A stretch of DNA of 63,917 bases, counting the filler, from Octopus bimaculoides (lineage: Eukaryota), in NCBI RefSeq assembly GCF_001194135.2. It is 4 parts of 4 records of this genome, joined end to end, with 100 filler letters (N's around TTAATTAATTAA, not from the genome) between each part and the next. Parts side by side here need not be neighbours in the genome. Positions count along the whole stretch, not along the records: positions 1 to 29,127 come from NC_069004.1; positions 29,228 to 59,914 come from NC_068982.1; 2 more parts are not named here. The stretch is one strand, 5' to 3'. The translations under genes were made by a program, and so were the position numbers. The notes beneath the pieces were generated by a model. That model made no database searches. It was not told where the DNA came from and saw only the letters and a list, made by a program, of their open reading frames with translations. Of the stretch, positions 26,787 through 38,589 are shown piece after piece (within the stretch, counting starts at the first letter, position 1; every line of letters begins with the position of its first letter).

Positions 26787-26814
26787 TTAACCATTTATAT
26801 ATATGTATGTATTA

Positions 26815-26851
26815 TTTTATTCTTTTACTTGTTTCAGCCATTTGACTGTAT

Positions 26852-26930
<79 letters not shown>

Positions 26931-27148
26931 CGGTGAAAATTGTATATATATATATGCATACATATATATACGACGGGCTTCTTTCAGTTTCTGTCTACCA
27001 AATACACTCACTAGACTTTAGTCGGCCCGAGGCTATAATAGATGGCTATAATAGAAGATATCTGCTCACAATGCTACGCAGTGGGACTGAACTCGGAACC
27101 ATGGGATTGGGATGAAAGCTTCTTCCCACACAGCCAAGTCTACGCCTA
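26815..27148 (-). mobile_element. SINE family A, internally deleted
   Basis: Tail cttttacttgtttcag, microsatellite, then 5' half. Confidence 0.7.
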
Positions 27149-27289
27149 TGTATGAAAAAATAGTTAAAATATTTTGTGTATAGTAGAACTGTGGCCTATT
27201 TGTTGCAAATAACTTTTGATAATAAAATGTTATACGGGCTGCCGAGTGTCAAGTGGACTCCGGTTGAGAATCACTGATTTAAGGTTTCG

Positions 27290-28393
27290 TGAGGTACAAC
27301 GTTTAAAACCATGTTGGCATTCCAAAACCAAGGTAATACCAGCGTGGTAGTCATAATTCTGGACAGAAGACAAATCTCAAAGAGATGGACGGCAGAATAG
27401 TGAAACGTATTGAGTTTAAAACCTTTGAACTACGGAAGCAAAAGAAACAGCAGAAGAGTACCACCCTGTGTCAACACTGTGTTAAACAAAACCATTTGTC
27501 AGGAGCTCCTTAAAGCTGGGTACGAAGGGAAATTGTGAGGGCTGTATTTACGAAACCATTTCATTCACCTATTAACACGGGTAAGTGGAAAACAAAAATG
27601 GTGTCTAAACTCACAGAAGTGGTCAACGGCTCACTGGAATAATGTCGTCTTTTCTGATGAATCATTATTCGCCCCCTGAGGTTATGTCTGGGGGACGAGT
27701 TTATGTCTGAGCCATATCACAGACTGCTCTAGGCCCTTTAGTTGTTCCACAGAGTTAACCCTTAGCGTTATCTAACTATTTTGTCTAATCAATGCACGCA
27801 TTGTTTCTTGCTGGCACCGTATCCACCCAGAATGATAATGCCACGAACAGAATAAAAGTGACATAGGTCAATTAGATTGACTTCCAAAATTATTGGATCG
27901 CAATATGATTGGGCGTTTTAGAACGGCTAACTGGCTGAATCGTTAGCACTCCAGACAAAATACTTAGGAGCATTTCGACAGCCTATAAGCTCTGAGTTCA
28001 AATTCCACCGAGTCGACTTTGTCTTTCATCCTTTCCCGATCAATAAAATAAGTACCAGTTAACTAGTTGGGTCGATGTAATCGACTTACGTCCTCTGCCC
28101 CCAAAATTGCTGGCCTGGTGCCAAAATTTGAAACCAATATGACTGAGTATTTATGGTATATTTTGGTGTGGGCAACTGAAGAGCCGCTTCTTTCCGCCAT
28201 TGTTGCTGAAAGACTTACCGCAGGTTTTACTTGAAGAATAGCTCAAAATTCCCCTAACAACCGTTTATAACTGTACGAGTCAATTCTTTAATATAAAAGC
28301 TGTGATTGATGCCAAAGGTGGACCAACTCCATATTATCAAATAATGAATTTTCCATTTAACAAGATGTTTCCATAATTTTGCAAGCCCAGTAT
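27290..28393 (+). mobile_element. Decayed Tc1-like transposon interrupted by SINE B
   Basis: ELLKAGY, HWNNVVFSDESLF, QNDNA, C-terminal IKAVIDAKGGPTPY and a TIR-like end gtttccataattttgcaagcccagta. Confidence 0.65.
27930..28140 (+). mobile_element. SINE family B
   Basis: ggctgaatcgttagcac...gagttcaaattccacc...gtcgatgtaatcgac. Confidence 0.8.
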
Positions 28394-29054
28394 ACGTGTG
28401 TGTATGTGTGTGTGTGTATATATANNNNNNNNNNNNNNNNNNNNNNNNNNNNNNNNNNNNNNNNNNNNNNNNNNNNNNNNNNNNNNNNNNNNNNNNATAT
28501 ATATTTAAAGCATGTATGCATCTATATACATGAAGCAGGTATGTATGCATACATGCATGGTTATACTAATGCAATCGTGCAAGCATAGATGACATTGCAT
28601 TTGCGGAATAACGGCAGATATATCATTAGTTCGCATGTTTTCCTTTCGGTTAATCTTTACCATTATATTAACATCTGCTGGGCAACTGATTTCCACTGCT
28701 ATGAACATTTTCTTTCCCCTGTCCCAGATCTGGTCCCTAAGGCCTTTGTTTTAATGAGGCCTTAATCGGAACATTTGTTTAATTCTTTTTTCTTTTTTGT
28801 ATAAATGATGGATAATTCCTTCACCACCACTTAAACTAGACATGTATTACCCAACGGATTATCCTTTCTATTGATATGTTTGTGTATATATGTATATGTG
28901 CGTATATCTATATTTATGTATGTTTGTATGGATGCATGCATGTAAATATGCATGAAGGTATATATGGAAATATGTATATATGTATACATATATACGCATA
29001 TGTGTGTGTATTCACAAATATGTGTATATTTATACATATAGGCGTCTATGTGTT

Positions 29055-29092
<38 letters not shown>

Positions 29093-29095
29093 CGC

Positions 29096-29127
<32 letters not shown>

Positions 29128-29416
29128 NNNNNNNNNNNNNNNNNNNNNNNNNNNNNNNNNNNNNNNNNNNNTTAATTAATTAANNNNNNNNNNNNNNNNN
29201 NNNNNNNNNNNNNNNNNNNNNNNNNNNATATATATATATATATATATATACATATACACACTCATACCCACACAAAATATGTGTATAGCTATATCTATCA
29301 CCCTTTCTCTGTATATATACTTGTCCATGTGTTACAGTATGTTTATGGATACTCACACACATGCACACACACACAAACACACAAACATGCACACCAACTA
29401 TTGATGTTCTAAGCAA

Positions 29417-29968
29417 TGTGTTTTGGATAATCTAAATGCCTGATGGTATAAATGGTATAATGGTAAATACTCTATTAATGTATTGCAAGTTTTAACCATG
29501 CCACAGTGTGTAATTAAAGACATAGAAGAGAGTTAAACAAATGGTTTTATAAGATCTTCATGGGCAGAAAAGAAGAGCTGTAGAGGGATCTGACAGGCGT
29601 CATTGCTATTTGAGACAGCTTTTAAGAGAGCATGGACATGCCTATTATTTGATCTCAGTGTTTTGGATAATCTAAATGCCTGATGGTATAAATGGTATAA
29701 TGGTAAATACTCTATTAATGTATTGCAAGTTTTAACCATGCCACAGTGTGTAATTAAAGACATAGAAGAGAGTTAAACAAATGGTTTTATANNNNNNNNN
29801 NACCATGCCACAGTGTGTAATTAAAGACATAGAAGAGAGTTAAACAAATGGTTTTATAAGATCTTCATGGGCAGAAAAGGAGAGCTGTAGAGGGATCTGA
29901 CAGGCGTCATTGCTATTTGAGACAGCTTTTAAGAGCGCATGGACATACCTATTATTTGATCTCAGTGT
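29417..29968. repeat. Tandem duplication of a 240-bp unit
   Basis: 29421 and 29661 begin identical sequence 240 bp apart; the second unit is broken by a 10-N gap with overlap. Confidence 0.8.
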
Positions 29969-30174
29969 GAATATATATATATATATACATACATATATAT
30001 ATATATTTATATATATATATATATATTGTTGCTAAAGGCTAAAAGTAAGGAATTCACTAAACCAGAAAATCTGATTTGCATAACAGTGTTTTGTTGATGC
30101 ACTTTTTCATGTATCTATGCATACACACACACAGATGTGCACACGTGTGTGAATGTGGATATCATATCATATAT

Positions 30175-30312
30175 ATCGTCGTTTAACGTCCGCTTTCCAT
30201 GCTAGCATGGGTTGGACGATTTGACTGAGGACTGGTGAAACCAGATGGCTACACCAGGCTCCAATCTGATTTGGCAGAGTTTCTACAGCTGGATGCCCTT
30301 CCTAACGCCAAG
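30175..30312 (-). mobile_element. Retroposon family E 3' fragment
   Basis: cgtttaacgtccgctttccatgctagcatggg...ggatgcccttcctaacgcc, nearly identical to 39483-39610. Confidence 0.85.
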
Positions 30313-30599
30313 TATAAATATGATGTAAAATTTGCTTCAGGCATGTATTTGAACAATAAAAATGTATAAAAGTGTTTCAAATATTATATAATATATATTC
30401 TTGATTTATTGAAATTATCTCCCCCCTTTGAAAGACCATAAATCAGTATCCTAGAGGTAACTAGCACCAACTCTAAATGAGAAGGAGAAATAATCTCAAA
30501 AAGCAAAAAAGGCCTCCAAAACTGACATACTGAAGTAGATCTAAATGAGATGTAAGAGTTAAGGTGTTAAATCTTTTTAATAACAAACTACTTTATGAT

Positions 30600-31081
30600 G
30601 TGGAGGCACAATGGCCCAGTGGTTAGGGCAGCGGACTCACGGTCATAGGATTGCGGTTTCGATTCCCAGACTGGCCCTTGTGAGTGTTTATTGAACGAAA
30701 ACTCCGAAAGTTCCATGAGGCTCTGGCAGGGGATGGTGGCGAACCCTGCTGTACTCTTTCATCACAACTTTCTCTCACTCTTACTTCCTGTTTCTGTTGT
30801 GCCTGTAATTCAAAGGGTCAGCCTTGTCACACTGTGTCACGCTGAATATCCCCGAGAACTATGTTATGGTTACACGTGTCTGTGGAGTGCTCAGCTACTT
30901 GCATGTTAATTTCACGAGCAGGCTGTTCCGTTGATCAGATCAACTGGAACCCTCGACGTCGTAANNNNNNNNNNNNNNNNNNNNNNNNNNNNNNNNNNNN
31001 NNNNNNNNNNNNNNNNNNNNNNNNNNNNNNNNNNNNNNNNNNNNNNNNNNNNNNCGACGGAGTGCCAACAACAACAACAAC
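30600..31081 (+). mobile_element. SINE family D with (CAA)n tail
   Basis: Same family as 24016-24394; tail gagtgccaacaacaacaac; 7-bp direct repeat ttatgat at 30593-30599 and 31083-31089. Confidence 0.85.
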
Positions 31082-31499
31082 CTTATGATATAAGTGAACT
31101 TTTCTGACATTACAAAGCCCAGATAATATGCTCATACAGCTTGTTGAGACATTAGAGGAGAGAGGAAATTTGTTAAATTTAAAGTTCATCCTTCATTTAT
31201 TCATTCATTTTTTGTGGAAGTGGTGTCGGGTGGAGGATCCTCTTGGATTGGCTGGATGTTTTTGATTGAACAACTTATCTTGGTAATCGATTCCTGTTTG
31301 TATAGATTCTGTGCAAGATTTACTACATTGTGATCTTGTTGCATCATTTTCTAAGTAACTCCAGTAATATCTCAGATGTTAAGCTTCATTTCATTTGGAG
31401 AAAAAGCCTGAAACTTAAAGGGAAACAAAACATATTTTAGTCCAGTAGGTTACAAAATACTGTATTTGATGGCTTATAAGACACTTATTAAAAAAAAAA

Positions 31500-31636
31500 A
31501 TTGTCAGGTATGGTTGTGTGGTAAGAAGCTTGCTTCCCAACCATATGGTTCTGGGTTCAATCCCAGTGTGTGGTACCTTGGACAAAGCCTTGTGAGCAGA
31601 TTTGGTAGACAGAAACAAAAAGAAGCCCATCACACA

Positions 31637-31679
<43 letters not shown>

Positions 31680-31930
31680 ACACACATATGTATATATCTC
31701 TGTATGTGTGTGTGTGTTTTGTGTCTGCATTTGTCCCCATCACTGCTTGATAACTGGTGTTGGTGTGTTTACATCCCTGTAACTTAGCAGTTTGGCAAAA
31801 GAAAGTGATAGAATAAGTACTAGGCTTTAAAAAAAATAAGTCCTCCTGTTGATTTGTTCATCTAAAACCCTTCAAGGCAGTGCTCCAGCATGGCTGCAGT
31901 CAAATGACTGAAACAAGTACAAGAATAAAA
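31500..31930 (+). mobile_element. SINE family A, CpG-decayed
   Basis: Head, (CA)n tract, 3' half and cagtcaaatgactgaaacaag tail. Confidence 0.8.
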
Positions 31931-32460
31931 AACCCTATATGCAAGGTCCTATATGTGAAGTTGGAACTGCCATAAACTAGATTGCTTTAAAAATTACATA
32001 ATTTAATGCAAAAAAAACTTTTTTTCCTGAAAAAGTGCTGCTGAAACTGGGGTGCAATTAATATACCTGTGCATCTTTTGTGCTATCTGCATCATTTAAC
32101 GATTTACTTTTTTATACTAAGTCAAATGGAATTTGTTGAGATGAATTTTCTATGGCCAGACATGGTTTCCACAGAAGAAGCTTTACTCACTGGTTTCTGG
32201 AATACTGTGACAGAAGATCTCAAGAAGAACTTGTTCACATACCTTAAGTTCTTTGTCATGCAGCCCTGCTGGAACTTTTAGTTTCTTTCTGCCACTCAGA
32301 GGGTAATCATTTTAACTTTTAACCTTTTAACATTCAGATTATTCTGTGAAATGTAATAGAAAGTTAAAGAAGTGATTTTAAATTCTCAATTGCAGGATAA
32401 TGCTAATAATATAGCCTGAACAGGATAAACTACCCCTATTTTGCAGAAAAAAGTGTAGGT

Positions 32461-32510
32461 GGTTAGCTGTGGACTCGAACTCACATCTCCGTGATTACGC
32501 GTCACGATGC
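32461..32510 (-). other. 5'-truncated tRNA-Thr(CGT)-like fragment
   Basis: Minus: anticodon stem cgtga/tcacg with loop cgcgtaa and T loop ttcgagt; D arm and 5' acceptor strand absent. Confidence 0.45.
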
Positions 32511-32550
32511 TGGAAATGTTTATTTACTCACATTGTTTTGAATTAATCAT

Positions 32551-32974
32551 ATATGTTGCCAGAGCAATGGTCTGGCTTCCGTGCCAGTGGCACGTAAATA
32601 GCTCCATTTGAGTGTGATCGTTACCAACATTGCCTTCCTGGCACTTGTGCCGGTGGCACATGAAAAGAAATTTGAGCGAGATCGTTGCCAGTGCCACCGA
32701 ACTGGCTTCTGTGCAGGTGACATGTAAAATACACCATTTTGAGCATGGCCGGTGCCAGTACCGCCTGACTGGCCTTCGTGCCGGTGGCACATAAAAGCAC
32801 CCACTACACTCTCGGAGTGGTTGGCATTAGGAAGGGCATCCGGCTGTAGAAACTCTGCCAAATCAGATTGGGGCATGGTGTAGCCACCTGGTTCACCAGT
32901 CCTCAGTCAAATCGTCCAACCCATGCTAGCATGGAAAGCGGACGTTAAACGATGATGATGATGATGATGATGAT
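32551..32974 (+). mobile_element. Retroposon family E with (GAT)n tail and internal 66-bp repeats
   Basis: ggcattaggaagggcatccggctgtagaaa...gcggacgttaaac(gat)n. Confidence 0.85.
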
Positions 32975-34389
32975 TATCCTAGAGCTTCAAGATTTTGATG
33001 ATATGATTGTCTATTTTTAGAATGACATTTTTGGATGTGTGAGAGACCATATCTGACCAGTACAAACAGAATATTTGAGTCAGATACGGTCAGTCTAAAT
33101 GCTAAAGGGTTGACTCATTGATAACTTCAGGACCTCTACAGAATACGCAGTTCCAACCACCCCTTGGAATTCCAATGCAGGAATGTGGCACAACAGAAGG
33201 AAAACCTCTGGCCCAGAATTACTACAGAGGAGCTTTCTGCCATTGCAACAGAAAGCACTGTAGTCTTCAGTGGGATCATCACTGCCAACACCATTGAAAT
33301 TACAGGATGGTAGGGAATGGGATTGCTTCTGAGACTGTGGTATTGGCTGCTGCTGTCATTGTTGTTGTTGTTGTTGCTGTAATAATAATTGCTGATGTTG
33401 TTTGTGTGGTTGCTGGGAAGTTTGTTACTGTTGCAATGGCTGTGACTGCTTCCATTGACTGCTATAATCTTCTCAATGAGAACACAACCCAGCCAACCAA
33501 TCAACCATTTAAGTATTGAAGTTGACTCTAAATGAATAAGGAAAACAATGCAATGAAATAATAAAGTATTTTGTTTCTAATTGTATAATATCGAGAAGAC
33601 TATATAGTGGTAGAGAAATCTTTCTTTAATAAACCACTATAACATCGCAGACAGAGGGAAATGAATGGTGTAAAAATTAATGAATAATTTTGTTGCATCT
33701 TTTTATATCCTTTCCTGCGCCTTGAGCAAAGCAATTACAACAATGGTATTGAACATAAAATGTAATTAAATTTAAAATTCAATAAAATAGTTAATTTAAA
33801 TTTTTTTAAAAGTATAATAACGAGGAAAAACAAATAAAACTTTATAGTTTTCTAGAATCTTCTTTGACTTTTTTTTTGTTGTTTCTGCTGTTGTTGATGG
33901 TAATTTAACATTGCAATTGATTTAATGTGATTTTGTTATTTTAAGATTAGCTTTCCGATTACAATCTCACTGGAAGCCAACTATTCACACACTCTGTAAT
34001 ACATACAAGCTGGTACACTCTCAGCAATGAGCATTCTGGCAAAGACACTCCTGGTAAGATTAGCAGATTTGACCTTAACTAAACACAAGTCATTGGATTT
34101 TATGATGTAATAAATTTGAAATTATAAAATTTTTTATTTGATTTATTAGAGAGATTTAAAAATTAAAATAACATCTTTTTGTATAGGCTTAGTGATACAA
34201 ACTGGAAAATAGAACTCAAAACGTGTGTGTATGTGTGTGTGTATGTATGTATGTATGTATGTATGTTATTAATTGGGAGAAGATACAGAGTGACTCAAGA
34301 GCTAAGAATTTCAAGTATTGCCAATTAATTATGAAAACAAAAAGTGATCTTTTTATTTAGACATTTCCCATTGGTATTGTTCCTAATGT

Positions 34390-34600
34390 TGAGAAGCTAA
34401 GATGCCCCAATGCAGTCGAAGCATAGAGGTATGCTAGGTGTATCTAGTAGTGTAGGTTATGTGTCAAGGGGGAAAGAAAGGGGTATGCAGTATTGATCTG
34501 GACTGGTTATCAGTAAGGCCTTATATTTTGGATGATGCTTTGCTGTGGGTAGTGAGTCAATGCCAGATTGGTCTTCATCTTGTATGTATAATTTGGCAGT
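34390..34600 (-). mobile_element. Possible Penelope-like RT C-terminal fragment
   Basis: Frameshifted minus reading resembles YKPTD..YLH..S.HP.H...SIP. Confidence 0.35.
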
Positions 34601-34723
34601 AATGCTTACATGGTAGTGAGAGGTGGGCACTGAATACAGATGATGTGCAAAAGCATCCACCTGTAGAAAATCTGCCACAACAAATTCCTTGTGGCTCATG
34701 TGCATGGAAAAGTGGCTGTTAAA

Positions 34724-34724
<1 letters not shown>

Positions 34725-34757
<33 letters not shown>

Positions 34758-34802
34758 CAATGCTGATGATGATGATGATGATGATGACAATGCTGATGCT
34801 GC

Positions 34803-34836
<34 letters not shown>

Positions 34837-35125
34837 AACGAAGATGATGATGATGATGATGACGAAGATGATGATGATGATGATGACGAAGATGATGACG
34901 ATGATAATGACGACGACAACGAGCTGGCAGAATCGTTAGCACACCGGGCGAAATGCTTAGCAGTATTTCGTCTGCCGTTATGTTCTGAGTTCGACTTTGC
35001 CTTTAATCCTCTCGGGGTCGATTAAATAAGTACCAGTTACGCACTGGGGTTCGATGTAATCGACTTAATCCCTTTGTCTGTCCTTGTTTGTCCCCTCTAT
35101 GTTTAGCCTTCTGTGGGCAATAAAG
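34725..35125 (+). mobile_element. (GAT)n tract with an inserted SINE family B (34919-35125)
   Basis: SINE B near-identical to 3034-3259, with GAT-rich sequence on both sides. Confidence 0.85.
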
Positions 35126-36044
35126 AAATAGATGATGTTGATGATGACAACAACGAAGTTGATGATGATGACGATAACAACGAAAGTGATGATGACAACG
35201 ATGAAGTTGATGATGGTAATGATGACGATGATGATGACCTTCCTTTTTTTTTAAGTCAGCAGGGTGTAATTTATGTGAAGTTTGATTTCAAATTTCTAGC
35301 AAGTCAAACAAAACAATCACATAAAACAGAGATTCTTAAACTAAGGCACATGTACCCCTAACTGTAAGGAAGAGAAATAGTGGAGGTGTATGAGGTTTGA
35401 AAAACACTCACTAGAATTTTGAAGGTATTACTAATCAGATACAACCTGTGAATGTAAAAAATGTGTGGAGGACAGCCATTTGCTGTTCATATTCTCTTAT
35501 TGTTGTGAACAAGGGTTTTTCAGCCATGTTTTTCAGCCATGTTTACAGCCAATTCAGAATGATATATGGGTTTACCTCTCTGAAACTATTAACATAAAAT
35601 TAAAGATAATTGATTTCTTACAAAGACACCAGGCCAAAAATTTGTTAGGGAGGGTTCTGTTGATTATATTGACTGCAGTATTTGATAAGTACTTTATTTT
35701 ATCAAAAGGGGCAATATTAACCATAGGATTTGAACTCTTTAAATTTAATTAAATTGATCTTACACTATAAAAGAGAAATTGATCTCTGCCTGTCTGTCCA
35801 TCACAAGATAACAGGTGAAGGAAGAAAAGAAAGGGAGGAATCAAAAGGAGTGATAACCCCTGTCACAATGTTTATTTAGAAGAAGGGGAGAAGAAAACGT
35901 TGTTGAGAGAGGGGGAGAGCATGAAGGATAGATAGATAGATAAGTAGCGTTGCCATTATAGTAACTAACAAGTTTTGATTTAAAATGCAGGAATTTTAAG
36001 TGGAAGTCTGTCAACGCAATGCAACGCAGACTTGAAAAAATAAC

Positions 36045-36079
<35 letters not shown>

Positions 36080-36398
36080 NNNNNNNNNNNNNNNNNNNNN
36101 NNNNNNNNNNNNNNNNNNNNNNNNNNNNNNNNNNNCCAAAATTACAGGTAAAAAACTCAATTAAAATCAATTTATAAAAAATTAAAATTAAATTGAGCCT
36201 TATAGATAAAGTTCTTGAAAATTGGTTATTTTCCCTAAAACTATATATATATATATATAATACATATAGTTATCTTTTTGGTTGTGTGTGTGTATGTGTG
36301 TTTCTGTATGTGTTTCAACATATTAGACAATGCAACATAGACTTTAAAAAAATACTTTCACTATGATGACAGGTTGTTATTGTTGTTGAGAGAGAAAT

Positions 36399-36429
<31 letters not shown>

Positions 36430-36817
36430 ATTAAAATTTGTTTCAAGAAAAAACAGATTGTTGTTGAGCATATCATTGTGATCATTGTAGTAGCCTTCTG
36501 CTGAAGGATCTATTTCATCACGACTAGGACGTTACCCGGCAGCGTAGTGATGGATCAAGACCAGTAACAAATATTCAAGTCCACAATCAGTTTTATGGTA
36601 TCCACTGATTTTTCTCTCTTTTGTTCACACAGGATACTGTGACACTACTGGCCCTGATAAAAGGGTATGCCAGAAGGAAAAGTTAGAGGAAGCCCTTTCA
36701 CATAGAAGCCTCTTTGTTAACTTGTGAGCCTTACTCATTTCTATTATCGCTTTAGAAGTCAATGAAAACAACCGCAACATAAATTTCAAATTCTAATTAT
36801 GAAGTTGATTCTAAACT

Positions 36818-37198
36818 GTTGGCACTCCGTCGCTTACAACATCAAGGGTTCCAGTTGATCCAATCAACGGAACAACCTGCTCGTGAAATTAATGTGCAAG
36901 TGGCTGAGCACTCCACAGACACGTGTACCCTTAACGTAGTTCTCAGGGATATTCAGCGTGACACAGTGTGACAAGGCTGACCCTTTGAATTACAGGCACA
37001 ACAGAAACAGGAAGTAAGAGTGAGAGAAAGTTGTGGTGAAAGAGTACAGCAGGGTTCGCCACCATCCCCTGCCGGAGCCTCGTGGAGCTTTAGGTGTTTT
37101 CGCTCAATAAACACTCACAACGCCTGGTCTGGGAATCGAAACCGTGATCCTATGACCGCGAGTCCACTGCCCTAACCACTGGGCCATTGCACCTCCAC
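36818..37198 (-). mobile_element. SINE family D
   Basis: Colinear with 24016-24394; differences are mostly at CpG sites. Confidence 0.9.
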
Positions 37199-37489
37199 GT
37201 AACTTAGCATACCCAACAACAAAGACCAATAAAAAGACCCACATAAACTCATTTGATATCTGATGGATGAGTTTCCAATGCAAGTTTTGGTCACATATAT
37301 AATTGTGAAGATGTCCATCATTCTTTAAATTTTTTTAGTCAAATGATAAGAGCTTCCATACTCAGACTATCGAAGAGCAATGGATGTTCTCCAAGAAAAA
37401 CTCAAGTGACATTGTGATACAAGTGATTCTTTGGGGCAAAATAGGTTCAGAAATTTTAAAGAAGCTATTCTATTATTCTCTTACTTTTT

Positions 37490-37722
37490 TCAATCATTTG
37501 ATTGCAGTCATGCTGGACACCACCTTAAAGGGTTTTAGTCAAAGAAATCAACCCCAGGACTCATTCTTTGTAAGCCCAGTACTTATTCTATTTGTGTCTT
37601 TTGCTGAACTGCCAAGTTTCAGGGACGTAAACATACCAGCATCAGTTGTCAAGTGATGGCAGGGGACAAACATAGACACACACATAAATACGTACATGTA
37701 TATACATACATACATACATACA

Positions 37723-37788
<66 letters not shown>

Positions 37789-37798
37789 NNNNNNNNNN

Positions 37799-37840
<42 letters not shown>

Positions 37841-38175
37841 CGATGGCTGTCCACTTATGACCGAGGAAGACCATTGCTGACCTTCGAGAACATTGTGCAC
37901 TCTAGGACTAACTTATATTTTGCATTTGTGGCTCTGTTGGTGGCTAATGAGCCCTGCTCTTGACAAGCATACATGACTGCAAATATTGCAAACCAAACTT
38001 TTCTCATTCACTACACACACAACGGGCTTTTTTCAGTTTCCCTCTGCAAAATCCACTCACAAGGCTTTAGTTGGCCTGAGGCTATAGTAGAAGACACTTG
38101 CCCAAGGTGCCATCCAGTGGGCCAAACCTGGAACCATGTGGTTGGGAAGCAAGCTTCTTACCACACAGCCATACC
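37490..38175 (-). mobile_element. SINE family A halves separated by microsatellite, gap and about 140 bp of other sequence
   Basis: 3' half at about 37490-37680, 5' half at about 38020-38175. Confidence 0.65.
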
Positions 38176-38211
38176 TTATATACATTCACTGCATCATTTT
38201 CATTTCTTTAA

Positions 38212-38432
38212 CCCTTTAGTGTTTGTATTATTCTGCCAAAATTAATGCTTTTTTATCCACATTGTTTTGAACTAATCATGCATTATCTTGTAGCTATGAG
38301 ATCTTGATGAGACAGCTGTTAATTTTTAAAACTATATTGTAGGGTTGGTGTGAGAGACCAGATCTGGCCAGTTTGAACATAAAACAGGCAGAATACTTTT
38401 GGTCGGATATGGCCGGTTTAAATGCTAAAGGG
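38212..38432. mobile_element. piggyBac-type MITE, 221 bp
   Basis: TTAA|CCCTTTAG ... CTAAAGGG|TTAA (TTAA at 38208-38211 and 38433-38436). Confidence 0.85.
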
Positions 38433-38589
38433 TTAAATATATCACTAATTCCAGTTTCTAATGAGTTTTACTTTCACTTTTTTTAGAATGGTAAACTGCA
38501 TTTTAATTCAAAAACAAACTGTGGTGTAATTTGATAGAGGTTTGGTATTGTAGCAGAGATTCAATAGCAAACCACCACAATTTCATATG

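Larger units (their letters stand above)
32322..33110. mobile_element. piggyBac-type MITE (same family as 38212-38432) with nested inserts
   Basis: Left ttaa|ccttttaacattc and right aatgctaaaggg|ttga; internal blocks at 32515-32550 and 32975-33110 align to the 38212 copy. Confidence 0.7.
32140..33480 (-). pseudogene. TIF1 (TRIM24/33, bonus)-family PHD-bromodomain pseudogene fragment
   Basis: Gln-rich stretch with stops; then DDPTEDYSAFCCNGRKLLCSNSGPEVFLLLCHIPAL / PRGGWNCVFCR (decayed PHD); after the inserted MITE, SGRKKLKVPAGLHDKELKVCEQVLLEIFCH...EPVSKA (bromodomain start). Lost Zn ligands and frameshifts. Confidence 0.8.

Noticed and set aside
29172-29183. TTAATTAATTAA between N runs (also at about 59959-59970 and 61310-61321)
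   Set aside because: An identical 12-mer isolated between gaps, with stops in all frames, is a scaffolding linker artefact, not biology.
29802-29851. Third partial copy of the 240-bp unit
   Set aside because: It exactly overlaps the sequence before a 10-N gap, so it is most likely an unmerged contig overlap.
32122-32302. Plus-strand AG...GT bounded exon-like segment
   Set aside because: Stops occur in all three frames; the coding signal is on the opposite strand (bromodomain remnant).
32570-32800. Repeat-spacer-like periodicity suggesting a CRISPR array
   Set aside because: Eukaryotic context, the spacers are themselves similar to each other, there are no cas genes, and it lies inside a retroposon.
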